The notes: generated by a model from the sequence alone, not told the origin. Shown: positions 1-9,791, numbered from the stretch's first letter. The stretch is 43,687 nucleotides of DNA from Nanobdellota archaeon (GCA_038045985.1 JBBSXA010000017.1:18799-62485), one strand, 5' to 3'. Numbers and translations: made by a program.

Positions 1-1
1 T

Positions 2-385
2 TTATCAAAGCGCTCGCAGGGAGTTATAGAATTCGCAATTATATTTGGATTTGTCCTTTTTTTCTTTATTGTGTTTTTTACTATAATTCAGGGGAATATT
101 CAGGAAAAGAACAAAGAGAAAGAGAGAATTATAGCGCAGAACATTGCTTTGGACTTTCAGGATGAAATTAATCTGGCAGCAAAATCTTCCAATGGATATT
201 CAAGAACTTTTGAGCTTCCCGAGAATATCCTAGGCAAAGACTATGAAATAAATGCATCTGGAGATAGATTATCTTTTGTAATGGAAGGCTTTGGAGCATC
301 ATATAAGATAGCTATTTTTATGGGTTCAATAAATAAAGGTCAGAATATTGTCAGAAAAGAAAATGGCTCAGTTTACCTCAACTAA
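2..385 (+). CDS. Class III signal peptide (pilin-like) protein, 5'-partial
   Basis: Frame is open upstream of the listed GTG(71) to the window edge and reads LSKRSQGVIEFAIIFGFVLFFFIVFF: basic residues, SQ, an E shortly after, then a hydrophobic helix. Confidence 0.8.
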   Translation, partial: LSKRSQGVIEFAIIFGFVLFFFIVFFTIIQGNIQEKNKEKERIIAQNIALDFQDEINLAAKSSNGYSRTFELPENILGKDYEINASGDRLSFVMEGFGASYKIAIFMGSINKGQNIVRKENGSVYLN

Positions 386-392
386 GAAAAAA

Positions 393-845
393 ATGGAAAA
401 AATTCAGAAATTTTTTTGTCCTTCGCTTTTTCCGAAATCGAGAAAGGCACAGGCATGGGGACTTGATGTAATCATAGCTTCAGTTATATTCTTAGTTGGA
501 ATTATTATCTTGTATTTTTATGCAATTAACTATGCTTCCAATTCTAAAGGACAACTCGAAGAGCTGCTTTATGAAGGGCAATTGGCTTCTGAACTAATCT
601 TGAGTGATGATGACTTTGGAATTTTGTCTGAAAATAAAGTTAACCAGTCAAGACTTGATAATTTTTCGACTTCTTATGACTATGAAAAATCTGTTTTAGG
701 CGTTACTCATGATTTTTATTTTAATCTTGATGGTTCTGTTTATGGTCGATTAAACAGCACTGCTACTGAGGATTTTATCAGGATAACAAGAATAACTGTT
801 TACAATGGCAAACCCGCTAAATTTGAGCTTTATATTTATCGATAA
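393..845 (+). CDS. Class III signal peptide (minor pilin-like) protein
   Basis: KSRKAQAWGLDVIIASVIFLVGIIILYFY. ATG at 393 follows the previous stop at 385; the ORF track start at 348 is less likely. Confidence 0.75.
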   Translation: MEKIQKFFCPSLFPKSRKAQAWGLDVIIASVIFLVGIIILYFYAINYASNSKGQLEELLYEGQLASELILSDDDFGILSENKVNQSRLDNFSTSYDYEKSVLGVTHDFYFNLDGSVYGRLNSTATEDFIRITRITVYNGKPAKFELYIYR

Positions 846-846
846 G

Positions 847-3800
847 ATGAAAGTTTTATTTAATAATAAGAGAGGATATTTTTTCAGCCTTGATGCTTTT
901 ATAGCTCTGCTTGTGATAATAGGCGTTGTGATTTTTATAAAGCCTCCTTTAGTCCAGACAAATTACAGCGATACTCTCCATCAAGATTTGCTTTCTTCGC
1001 TTTCTTCGCTTAAGATAGGCGAGTTAGATAATTTTTATGCCTATCAATGGATTGCTGATGGAAGTATAAATAATTTAAACCAGAGTGTTTTAGAGCAGAT
1101 TGGAGAATTTTATGCGCTAAATGAAACTAGAGCAACTCTTCTTGCCCAATCGATTCTTGATGATCTTAATTTAAATTCAAATATTGGGATTTATTTCAGC
1201 AATAACCTTATTGCCATGTCTGGAAATTTTGGCACTCCTGAAAGAGTTTCTACCGCGCGGCAGCTTATAAGCGGTGTGGAGGGGGGGCAGGCAGTCAAGG
1301 GCTATTCCTCAAGGGCGTTCTTGACATCTGAAAACAGAGTTGATTATTTCTATTTTGGAGGATATGTTGGAGATGGAAATATAAGCGTAAAAATAATTGG
1401 AAATGTTATCAGCGCAAGTATAGAGGGAGTTTTTTCAAAACCATTTAATTTATCAATTAATGGGCAGCCGTCAGGATATTATTCTCCATCATCAGGCATT
1501 CCTTATAATATTTCCTTGACTCCTTATCTTGGCTATTTTACTTCAGGAGTTAATTATGTTAATTTTACTGCTGATGGAACAATGTATATTGCCGGCGGTT
1601 TTATAAAAGTTGTCCGCAATTCTTCTTATTATTCCAATGGAGATTATTATCTCCCAGGAATCAACGGTCTGATAAATCTTTACAGCAGTTTTTACGTTCC
1701 TAGCGCTTTAAACACTATGAGCGCTTTTATTCATTACAAAAGTGATTATGATATTTTTATGAGCATAGGGAATAGAACGGTTTATCAAGGAAATAGCAGC
1801 GGAAGCGACGCTTCTATTGCACTAGACAATGCTTTCTTTTCAAGCATTTTCAACTATGCAGATTTAAGCAGAAAAACCACGCCATTAAGAATAGGTTTTG
1901 TCAATGCGTCTTATTTTTCAAACAATACTGCAATCGCTGATGTTTTTTCCGTAACTGATATTTCTGGAAGCATGTGCCAGTGCACAGATGCAAGTGGGAG
2001 TTGTTTTTACAATCAAATTAATTGTGAGAATCCTTCAATTTGTGGAGCAGGAGAAGTTTGCACAGGAGGAATTTATGAAGCTAAACAGGCAAATAATATT
2101 TTGATTCAGGGCATTTTAAACTCTTCCAACAATACTATTGGCCTTAATGGGTATGCAACAAGCGCTTTGGATAGAGATTTCCATTCTTTGTCAATAGATG
2201 AGGCAGCACTTGATTCTATAGTTGCTAATAATTGGAAAGCTGTGGGAAGCACTTGTATTTGCTGCGGGATAAATAAAGCTGTTGAAGGTTTTTTGGATAA
2301 ATTAGGAATGACTGCTTATTATGATTTTGATAATAACACTGCAGATAAAAGCAGTTATGGAAATACTGGAACAATTTCTGGAAATCCTACTTATGTTTCT
2401 GGCGTGAATAACAGCGCTTTAAATTTTGACGGCGTTGGAGATTATACTAGTGTTGCGGATTCTGACAGCATTGGAAATATAGGGCTTGACGGCTTGACTT
2501 TTGCAATGTGGATATATCCTAAACGTGATGCCTTTTATGCGCTTGGCGGAACTACAAATGGTTTTGGCGGGGGCGGCTTTAATCTTTATCTTAGGGGAGG
2601 TCAGGCAAATCAAGAATACTCTTTTGGGATTGACAATCGTTTTGTAAGGGCAGGAAACATTGATGTGAATCAATGGCATCATTTGGCTGGAACGTATGAT
2701 GGCGCGGTGATGACTCTCTATTTAGATGGTGTTTCGATTAGAACAGGCATTTCTAAATCAGGAAGGATTTTCTCAAATAGCGCTAATGGCCTTTATATCG
2801 GAAGAATTCTTAACGCTGCGCCCGGAATCCCTGATTTTAATGGAACTATAGATGATGTTAGAATTTACAGAAGGGCGCTTTCACAAGGAGAAGTTTCAGC
2901 TTTGGCAGATCAAACACCTTCTTGTGGAAATGGATTTTTAGAGGCTGGAGAGGTTTGTGACGGGGAAAATTCGTGCACATCATTGGGAAAGATGGGCGTT
3001 AAATCATGCAATCAGTGTGAGAGTTATAATTCTTGTGTGATAGACACAAGATATAGAGTTGCTGTTGTTATGAGTGATGGAGAGGCAAATTTCCAGTGTG
3101 CTCAGCAGGGAACAGGCAATGCAGTTCAAGATGCAATTCAGGCTTCTTGCGATGCATACAATAATTACGGGATAAAAACTTATTCTGTCGGCTTTGGCCC
3201 TGCTGTAGATGTGATTACTCTTCAGAATATTTCTTCCTGCGGAAATGGAAATTATTATGAAGGTGATGTAGATGAAATAGTTAGCATTTACCAGCAGATA
3301 AGCCAGGATATAATTACTGCTGCTTATTATGAACAGACTCTTATTGGAGAAGGAATTGAGAGCACGCTTTATCCTGATTCTCATATAACTCTTGGCTATG
3401 ACCAGTCTGTTCCTTATGGGCTTGTTTTAACAGCAGAAACTCCCATCTTTAACAACAGCCAGTCTCAAGGAAGTTTTACAGTTCCTAATGATGCAACTCC
3501 TTATGAGACAAGAGTTGTTTCTTATTCCGGCCCGAGATGGACGTCTAGAGTGGATGTTTATAATTCATCTTCCGCAATTTGGAATCCTGTTTTTGACCTA
3601 GGCATCTACAATTCAAGTTTTATAAATCTTGGAGACCCTTATGCTGTTGATGTTCCTATAAATAATATTGTTCATGGGAATAATACTGTGAGAGTTTTCG
3701 AGGGGCTAGGTACCACAAATTATTCAGCAGGCTCCCTTTATAACAAAATAATTTATACTATTATCAAGAACATTTCTTCCTTCTCGCCTATAGTTGCTTC

Positions 3801-4095
3801 TGCTCAAGGGTGTTTATGGACTATTGAATTTGATGATGGAACTGCAGCTAATATTTCGGTTCCTTCAAATTATTCCGGCTCAGGGACTTGCTCTTACACA
3901 AGTTCAAATATTGCCTATAATGAAAATGATGCAATTGATTGGGCAGTTTTGAATCTTTTAAATAGCACTGATTTAGACAGCGATGGAAAAGTTGACATTA
4001 AATTTACTGATGCAGAATTAAATATAGATTCAAGTGTTATTGAAGGAATTCCATTTACATGGGAATCAGAAGTTCAGGTGAGGACGTGGCGTTAA
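847..4095 (+). CDS. Large pilin-like adhesin with vWA domain and inserted LamG/concanavalin-like domain
   Basis: NKRGYFFSLDAFIAL class III signal; vWA MIDAS DISGSM, GSTCIC, VVMSDGEAN, TYSVGFG; LamG motifs AYYDFD, WHHLAGTYDG, FNGTIDDVRIYRRALS; Cys-rich CGNGFLEAGEVCDG. Likely start ATG 847. Confidence 0.8.
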   Translation: MKVLFNNKRGYFFSLDAFIALLVIIGVVIFIKPPLVQTNYSDTLHQDLLSSLSSLKIGELDNFYAYQWIADGSINNLNQSVLEQIGEFYALNETRATLLAQSILDDLNLNSNIGIYFSNNLIAMSGNFGTPERVSTARQLISGVEGGQAVKGYSSRAFLTSENRVDYFYFGGYVGDGNISVKIIGNVISASIEGVFSKPFNLSINGQPSGYYSPSSGIPYNISLTPYLGYFTSGVNYVNFTADGTMYIAGGFIKVVRNSSYYSNGDYYLPGINGLINLYSSFYVPSALNTMSAFIHYKSDYDIFMSIGNRTVYQGNSSGSDASIALDNAFFSSIFNYADLSRKTTPLRIGFVNASYFSNNTAIADVFSVTDISGSMCQCTDASGSCFYNQINCENPSICGAGEVCTGGIYEAKQANNILIQGILNSSNNTIGLNGYATSALDRDFHSLSIDEAALDSIVANNWKAVGSTCICCGINKAVEGFLDKLGMTAYYDFDNNTADKSSYGNTGTISGNPTYVSGVNNSALNFDGVGDYTSVADSDSIGNIGLDGLTFAMWIYPKRDAFYALGGTTNGFGGGGFNLYLRGGQANQEYSFGIDNRFVRAGNIDVNQWHHLAGTYDGAVMTLYLDGVSIRTGISKSGRIFSNSANGLYIGRILNAAPGIPDFNGTIDDVRIYRRALSQGEVSALADQTPSCGNGFLEAGEVCDGENSCTSLGKMGVKSCNQCESYNSCVIDTRYRVAVVMSDGEANFQCAQQGTGNAVQDAIQASCDAYNNYGIKTYSVGFGPAVDVITLQNISSCGNGNYYEGDVDEIVSIYQQISQDIITAAYYEQTLIGEGIESTLYPDSHITLGYDQSVPYGLVLTAETPIFNNSQSQGSFTVPNDATPYETRVVSYSGPRWTSRVDVYNSSSAIWNPVFDLGIYNSSFINLGDPYAVDVPINNIVHGNNTVRVFEGLGTTNYSAGSLYNKIIYTIIKNISSFSPIVASAQGCLWTIEFDDGTAANISVPSNYSGSGTCSYTSSNIAYNENDAIDWAVLNLLNSTDLDSDGKVDIKFTDAELNIDSSVIEGIPFTWESEVQVRTWR

Positions 4096-4514
4096 GGAAT
4101 ATTTTATTCGTTTGCAAGCATAATATATTCAGAAGCAAAATTGCTGAAGCATATTTTAAAAAAATTAATAAGGATAGAAAAATCACAATTAGAAGTGCAG
4201 GGATAATAAGGGGAGATGTGCTAAATAAAGACCAAAGGGAAGCCGTTGGCCTGGAAAAAACAATTGCGAAAAAGTTTGGAATAAAAATAAAAGCAGGATT
4301 TGCCGGGTTGAGCATAAGCCTATTGAAGAAACAAGATTTAATTATTGTGGCAGCTGATGATGTTTCTAAAATAATTTTTAATAATAAAACATATGTTAAA
4401 AAAGTAATTCATTGGAAAATTAAAGACTATGGTTTTTATGGGAGAGGCCATACTACAAATATAATCAAGCAGATAATGAAAAAAGTTGATAATTTATCAA
4501 AGAAATTAAAATGA
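4086..4514 (+). CDS. Low-molecular-weight protein tyrosine phosphatase / ArsC-like protein
   Basis: NILFVCKHNIFRSKIAEAY (CX5R P-loop), IRSAG, DLIIV, WKIKD. Start uncertain (GTG 4086 or ATG 4059). Confidence 0.75.
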   Translation: MALRNILFVCKHNIFRSKIAEAYFKKINKDRKITIRSAGIIRGDVLNKDQREAVGLEKTIAKKFGIKIKAGFAGLSISLLKKQDLIIVAADDVSKIIFNNKTYVKKVIHWKIKDYGFYGRGHTTNIIKQIMKKVDNLSKKLK

Positions 4515-4562
4515 AAAATAAACGTTTTAGAAGGATTTCCAAAAACGAATTGAGGCGATAAA

Positions 4563-4696
<134 letters not shown>

Positions 4697-4700
<4 letters not shown>

Positions 4701-5656
4701 AATATTTATCTTTCAAAAAATCTAAAAAAACACAGATTTTTACAGTCTTGTCCATAGTTTTAATTTTGCTTATGTTTGTTTCATTTGAGATTTTTTCCCT
4801 TATAAGAGAAAGGCAGGCAATAAGAACAAGAGTAGCCTCGATGGAAAGTTTTTTGAGCTCCATTGAAGACAATTTGGAGAGGCAGGTTTACATTTCAGGA
4901 TTTAGGATTTTGTTTCTGGCAAATTCGCATATAACCTCTACTGGAAATTACATCAATGTGGATGATTTTTTTCAGGAGGCTTTTTTTAATGGAACAGTTA
5001 GTGGAGCTAATGAAAGTCTTCTGGATGGAACAACTTACAAAGACATGCTTGATTCAATGAACAAAAAGGCTGCGAAGATAAATGTAGAAATAAACATGAC
5101 AAATTCTGTGCTTTTTGTTTCTCAGGAAGATCCCTGGAAAGTTAAAGTTACTCTGACGTCTTATTTTACAATGAGCGATAAATCTGGATTGGCAAGCTGG
5201 AACAGAACTCAAAATATCTCTGCTTATATCCCTATTGAGAGTTTTGAAGACCCTATTTATCCTGTAGAAACTGGCTTGCCTCAGATTTCCAAAAGAATTA
5301 ATAAGACTATTTACGAGGGGAATTATGTTTCAGGAGCGGATGTTTCTAATCTTTCGAAACATGTTCAAGATGGCTTGTATGCTGCTAATCCCGACGCCCC
5401 TAGCTTCTTGAAAAGATTCGAAGGAAATTTTTCTTCTGATGTTAATGGAATTGAAAGTTTTGTAAATATTCCCAATATGGAAGCTCAAGGAGCATCAACT
5501 GTTGTTAAATCTTCAGTAGACTATATTTACTTTTCCTCCAACGATCCTTTTCATTATGGCGTTGAAGGAATGCCTGTCTGGCTCAGAATTGACGGTGAGG
5601 ATGATCATGTTAATAAATATCAAGTTTTGGGTTTGCTTTGTCCTGCCTTGTGCTAG
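4697..5656 (+). CDS. Class III signal peptide-like secreted protein of the pilin cluster
   Basis: KKSKKTQIFTVLSIVLILLMFVSF N-terminus; 319-aa ORF with many N-x-S/T sequons. Confidence 0.7.
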
Positions 5657-5722
5657 TAAATATTCAATTTTTGACTTAATTTATTTTCATTGAGGAAAAC
5701 TTAAAAACCAGCGTATGCTTTT

Positions 5723-5950
5723 ATGAATATGAAAAAGAATAAATCCAAAAGAGTCGAGATAAGCTCAAAGGAAGTGAGGATAAATCTTGAGAGATTCCAG
5801 GAAGACATGAAGAATGCTTATGACAGATTGAAGAAGATTGTTCCGGAAGCGGTCAGCAATAAAGAGATAAGGCCTTATGGAAAATTCAGCCATATTATAC
5901 TCCCTAAGAAATATGCTCACAAAAAAGCGACGGTGATAATTAAAAAATAG
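5723..5950 (+). CDS. Small DUF2080/AbrB-like protein
   Basis: C-terminal KEIRPYGKFSHIILPKKYAHKKATVII resembles the DUF2080 swapped-hairpin pattern. Confidence 0.6.
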   Translation: MNMKKNKSKRVEISSKEVRINLERFQEDMKNAYDRLKKIVPEAVSNKEIRPYGKFSHIILPKKYAHKKATVIIKK

Positions 5951-6011
5951 TTTAGGAAAACATTTAAATACTAAACTTTCATAAAATGATTATATTAACA
6001 ATTAAATAAAA

Positions 6012-6017
6012 AGGAGG
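6012..6017 (+). promoter_or_regulatory. Shine-Dalgarno of the pilin gene, with TATA-like TTTAAATA near 5963
   Basis: AGGAGG 5 nt before ATG 6023. Confidence 0.75.
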
Positions 6018-6022
6018 TTGAT

Positions 6023-6475
6023 ATGTTATTTAACAGAAAAAAGGGACAGGCTGCTATGGAGTTCCTGATGACGTATGGTTGGGCTATATTAGCTGCAATT
6101 ATTGTTGTTGGGGTTTTGTGGTATTTGATTGGTAACCCTGCAAATCTTGCAGGAACTAATTTTCAGCTGGGTGCTCCATTAAGTGCGAATGCTGTTGTAT
6201 TTAGGGCTGGTATTCCCATTAATAGTATAACAATGGAATTTAGAAATGGTGCAGGTCAGCAAATAAATGTTACCAGTATAGTAATTTCTAATTGTGCTAC
6301 TATTACTCCTAATGTGTTTATGCCTCAAGGAAATTTGACTGCTTTTGACTTTGATTGCTTTCCAGATCTTGGTGCTGGAAACAGATTTATAGGTGATGTA
6401 ACTGTTTACTATGTTACAGCGCAGAGTAGCCTAACACAACAATCAACAGGTACTATCTCGGGCAAAGTTCCTTAA
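6023..6475 (+). CDS. Archaeal type IV pilin (probable major pilin)
   Basis: RKKGQAAMEFLMTYGWAILAAIIVVGVLWY, a typical archaeal class III signal peptide; strong SD; T-rich tract after the stop. Confidence 0.9.
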   Translation: MLFNRKKGQAAMEFLMTYGWAILAAIIVVGVLWYLIGNPANLAGTNFQLGAPLSANAVVFRAGIPINSITMEFRNGAGQQINVTSIVISNCATITPNVFMPQGNLTAFDFDCFPDLGAGNRFIGDVTVYYVTAQSSLTQQSTGTISGKVP

Positions 6476-6524
6476 TTTTTTATTTTTATTCTAGTTCTTA
6501 TTTGTTTGACTATTAGCTTGGGCT

Positions 6525-6794
6525 TTGAAGAAAATGAAAAACAAAGGAGTTTTTACATCTGAAGCTTGGAATGATTTAGCAACTATGAAAGACCCAAATA
6601 GATGGTATCATCTAAATGAAATTGCTAAAGCTTCCAAAAAAACTCCGATTATAATGGAAAAACGTCTTGATTTAGCAGTAAAACTTAAAATTCTTTTAAA
6701 AAAAGGAATAGGAAGAAGGATTTTTTATAAACTAAATCCAGAAGACTCTCAAGTTAAAAATATGTTGAATGTTTTATCTGTGGTAGAAAAATAA
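6525..6794 (+). CDS. Small winged-helix-like protein
   Basis: WYHLNEIAKASK...LLKKGIGRRIFYKLN pattern. Start could be ATG 6534. Confidence 0.55.
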   Translation: MKKMKNKGVFTSEAWNDLATMKDPNRWYHLNEIAKASKKTPIIMEKRLDLAVKLKILLKKGIGRRIFYKLNPEDSQVKNMLNVLSVVEK

Positions 6795-6869
6795 CTAAGC
6801 CTTAATTCACATCAATAAGTTAACCAAAAGACAAGTTTTAAAAGTAGAATATTTCTTTTTAATTGATAA

Positions 6870-7014
6870 GGCCTTATAGTCTAATGGCAGAACATCTCGT
6901 TTACACGCGAAGGGAACCAAGTTTCCTTACCGCACTACCCTCCTTTTTGAGGAAGCCGCTTATGCGAAATCGCTAAAAGCCGAGAAGGCGGAGGTCCGAT
7001 TCCTCCTAAGGCCA
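6870..7014 (+). tRNA. tRNA-Val: tRNA-Val(TAC) with 74-nt intron at 37/38 (6906-6979); CCA not encoded
   Basis: Acceptor GGCCTTA/TAAGGCC plus A; anticodon stem TCTCG/CGAGA; anticodon TAC 6902-6904; T arm GGAGG-TCCGATT-CCTCC; BHB with central TTTA/TAAA helix, bulges CAC and AGC, outer GCGA/TCGC. Confidence 0.93.
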
Positions 7015-7029
7015 TCCTTTTATAAGTTA

Positions 7030-7425
7030 ATGAATATTAATTTAAATATGAAAAAAGAAACATTTCACAAAAAATGGTATTATCGATTGCTTCAAATAAT
7101 CTTTCTGGGTTTTTTCATATTCTTTATAATTGTAGGTTTTCGGGGTATTTTTTACGGAGAGGGTGAGCCATTTGTTGGGTTCATCTTTGCAGGCATTTTA
7201 GCTATTGTGTACTGGCTAATCATGAAAAATAAAGGTTCAATAGGTGGTTTCGTTTTTGGTGTAATAGTTGGCCTTCTTTTATTATTTATAATATCTAAAC
7301 TTAATCCTGGAGATGAAATAGCCGGAATAGTGATATTTACCTTATTAATAAGCGGATTATTTTTTGCGTTTATAGGCTACTTGATTCATAATTACTTTGG
7401 AAAGAAGAATAAAAAATCTTTCTAA
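7030..7425 (+). CDS. Hypothetical multi-pass membrane protein
   Basis: About four hydrophobic segments in 131 aa. Confidence 0.65.
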   Translation: MNINLNMKKETFHKKWYYRLLQIIFLGFFIFFIIVGFRGIFYGEGEPFVGFIFAGILAIVYWLIMKNKGSIGGFVFGVIVGLLLLFIISKLNPGDEIAGIVIFTLLISGLFFAFIGYLIHNYFGKKNKKSF

Positions 7426-7456
7426 AATATATAAATTATTAGCCATTGTGAATATT

Positions 7457-7726
7457 ATGAAAAAGAGCAGAATAAATCCTAAGAAAAAAACAAATGCTGG
7501 TGCATTGCATAAATTGCCAGACGATTTACGAAATGCCCTTACTTCTATACCTGCAGCGCAAGAAGCATGGGAAGATATTACGCCGCTTGCGCGCAATGAG
7601 TGGATCTGCTGGGTTGAGTCAGCCAAGAAACTGGAGATGAGGAGCCACCGAATCGAGAGGATATGTACGGAGCTTATGGAAGGAAAGCGCCGGCCTTGTT
7701 GTTGGGCTGGATGTCCACACAGTTGA
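7457..7726 (+). CDS. YdeI/OmpD-associated family protein
   Basis: LPDDLRNAL...AWEDITPLARNEWICWVESAKKLE.R..RI...L.EGKRRPCCWAGC. Likely start ATG 7457. Confidence 0.8.
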   Translation: MKKSRINPKKKTNAGALHKLPDDLRNALTSIPAAQEAWEDITPLARNEWICWVESAKKLEMRSHRIERICTELMEGKRRPCCWAGCPHS

Positions 7727-7914
7727 AATTAAATAGACTGCCAAAAAAATATAGAGATGTTCTTTTTCTTGTTGATATTGAAGAAAGGCCTTATAAAGAA
7801 TCCTTGGAGATTTTGGAAATACCCTGCGCAACTTTAAAATCAAGGCTTTTTAACGCCAGGCAAATTTTAAAGGAAAAATTAATGGCAAAATCCAAGGCTA
7901 TTAGTAACATTTAA
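7711..7914 (+). CDS. Stand-alone sigma70 (ECF) region 4 HTH domain, possibly a gene remnant
   Basis: LNRLPKKYRDVLFLVDIEERPYKESLEILEIPCATLKSRLFNARQILKEKL matches the ECF region 4 pattern; no region 2 upstream. Confidence 0.65.
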   Translation: MSTQLKLNRLPKKYRDVLFLVDIEERPYKESLEILEIPCATLKSRLFNARQILKEKLMAKSKAISNI

Positions 7915-7938
7915 AAGCCATTGAAGATTTTTTTAAGT

Positions 7939-9765
7939 ATGAGTTCAAATAAGCGGGCAGAGAAAAAGGATTCTGACGATGCTGAAATTCCTGGAATGAA
8001 GCTTGACCAGAAATATTCAAGCAAAAAGCCATTGATCCCTGAAAATACTGAAGAAGTTCAGAAAGAAATGGACAAGACTAAAAAAGAGCTGGACAAGCTT
8101 AAAGGAAGCATAATCAAAAAATATCCTTTTACTATTTTTTTAAGCATTTTGCATCCTCAATCTATTAAGTTTTTTATAGAGGAAGAAGAAATTCCCAAAG
8201 AGACTGAAAAATACATTCAGCTTTACTGGCTTGTTCCTGAAGACCAATTTAAGAATATTTCTAAGCTGAAAGCAGAAGCTGTTAAGATGATTGAAGATCT
8301 CCAAGGAAAGTTTGGACAGAAAGTCTGGATTCAGGTTAAGACTCCTGTTGATATATGGGAAATGGGCCTTGACAGCAAGTTTGAATTAATGCAGGGAGTT
8401 GCAATGTCTCTCCCTTTGCATGATAAAGGATTTTTACAGGGTCTTAGATTGACAGAGATTCATAAGTCTCTTGTTCTTCAGAAATTCGAGAAATATGTTG
8501 TTAGCTATGTGCTTGGAGGAAGTTTTGTTCGAGGCGACACTATAAAGACTTCTGATATAGATGTTTTTGTCATCATTAATGACACTGATGTGAAAAGAAT
8601 GCCTAGGGTTGAGCTGAGAGAAAGACTTAGAGGAATTATTGTCGGTGAGCATGTGCAGCAGGCTTGCAGCTTTGCAGGCGTCAAAAATAGCATTCTTAAT
8701 ATTCAGGTTTATCTTTTGACGGATTTTTGGGAAAGCGTCAAAGACGCCCATCCTGTTATTTTTACCTTTATAAGAGATGGCGTTCCGCTTTATGACAGAG
8801 GGACATTCATGCCCTGGAAAACATTATTGAAAATGGGCAAATTGAAACCGAGTCCTGAGGCTATTGATATGTTTATGTCTATGGGAGACAACACTGTGAA
8901 GAGGGCTAAACGAGCTCTTCTTGACATTCTGCTCCAGGACATTTATTGGAGTGTTATAACGCCTAGCCAGGCTTTAATTATGCTTTATGGCCTGCCTCCT
9001 CCAAATACAAAAGAAACTTACACCCAGATGAAAAAGATATTTGTTGACAAAGAGAAAATGCTTGAAAAAAAGTATATTGACATTCTTGAAGAGATAACAA
9101 TAAAGTATTACAAAGGCTATGAACATGAGAAGATCAAAGAAGTTTCTGGAGCCCAAATTGACAAGCTTCTTAAGGGAACAGAAGATTATTTGAAAAGATT
9201 GAAAGAGCTTAGAGAGCAGATTGAAAAGCAGTCTCTTCAAAAAACAATAGAACAGGTTCATAAAGATGTTTTTGGCCTTCTTGAAGCAGTAACGGAGAAG
9301 AAATCGCAAGTCCAGATTATACAGGAATTTGAGAAACTTATAAAAAGGGGGAAGTTTACGCAGCAGCACCTTAGAATTTTGAATGAAGTTGTAAGCGCAA
9401 AAGCAGAATCAAAAAAAGGAAAGTTGAATTTTCAGAAGTCAGATACTGCAAGAAGAAATGCCATGATTCTTATTAATGACCTTATAGAGTTCAGCCAGAG
9501 AAAAGACTTGGCTGTCTTTGAAAAAGGAAAAATGAGGATTAAATTCGGCGAGAAAGATTATGCCGATTTAGCGGCTGTAAATGGCCAGGTATTTCTTGTA
9601 AAAGAAGGGGTTGTTCATAAAGTCACAAATAAGCTGGAGAATTCAAGCCAGGAGGAATTTTCAAAGGCAATGGATGAGCAGAAGTCAAAGAAGTCTGTAG
9701 AGATTAATCCTGAAGTCTTTGCAGTTTTGAAAAAAGAATTTGGACGTTTTGATATAATTTTATAA
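7939..9765 (+). CDS. Pol-beta-family nucleotidyltransferase with HEPN-like helical domain
   Basis: GGSFVRGDTIKTSDIDVFVIIND (GS...DxD), then IRDGVPLYDRG and a helical HEPN-like region. Likely start ATG 7939. Confidence 0.8.
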   Translation: MSSNKRAEKKDSDDAEIPGMKLDQKYSSKKPLIPENTEEVQKEMDKTKKELDKLKGSIIKKYPFTIFLSILHPQSIKFFIEEEEIPKETEKYIQLYWLVPEDQFKNISKLKAEAVKMIEDLQGKFGQKVWIQVKTPVDIWEMGLDSKFELMQGVAMSLPLHDKGFLQGLRLTEIHKSLVLQKFEKYVVSYVLGGSFVRGDTIKTSDIDVFVIINDTDVKRMPRVELRERLRGIIVGEHVQQACSFAGVKNSILNIQVYLLTDFWESVKDAHPVIFTFIRDGVPLYDRGTFMPWKTLLKMGKLKPSPEAIDMFMSMGDNTVKRAKRALLDILLQDIYWSVITPSQALIMLYGLPPPNTKETYTQMKKIFVDKEKMLEKKYIDILEEITIKYYKGYEHEKIKEVSGAQIDKLLKGTEDYLKRLKELREQIEKQSLQKTIEQVHKDVFGLLEAVTEKKSQVQIIQEFEKLIKRGKFTQQHLRILNEVVSAKAESKKGKLNFQKSDTARRNAMILINDLIEFSQRKDLAVFEKGKMRIKFGEKDYADLAAVNGQVFLVKEGVVHKVTNKLENSSQEEFSKAMDEQKSKKSVEINPEVFAVLKKEFGRFDIIL

Positions 9766-9791
9766 ACCCATTAATTATGAATTATTCTAAC

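Noticed and set aside
5723-5950. Transposon indicated by the DUF2080-like gene
   Set aside because: No transposase, terminal repeats or target duplication nearby.
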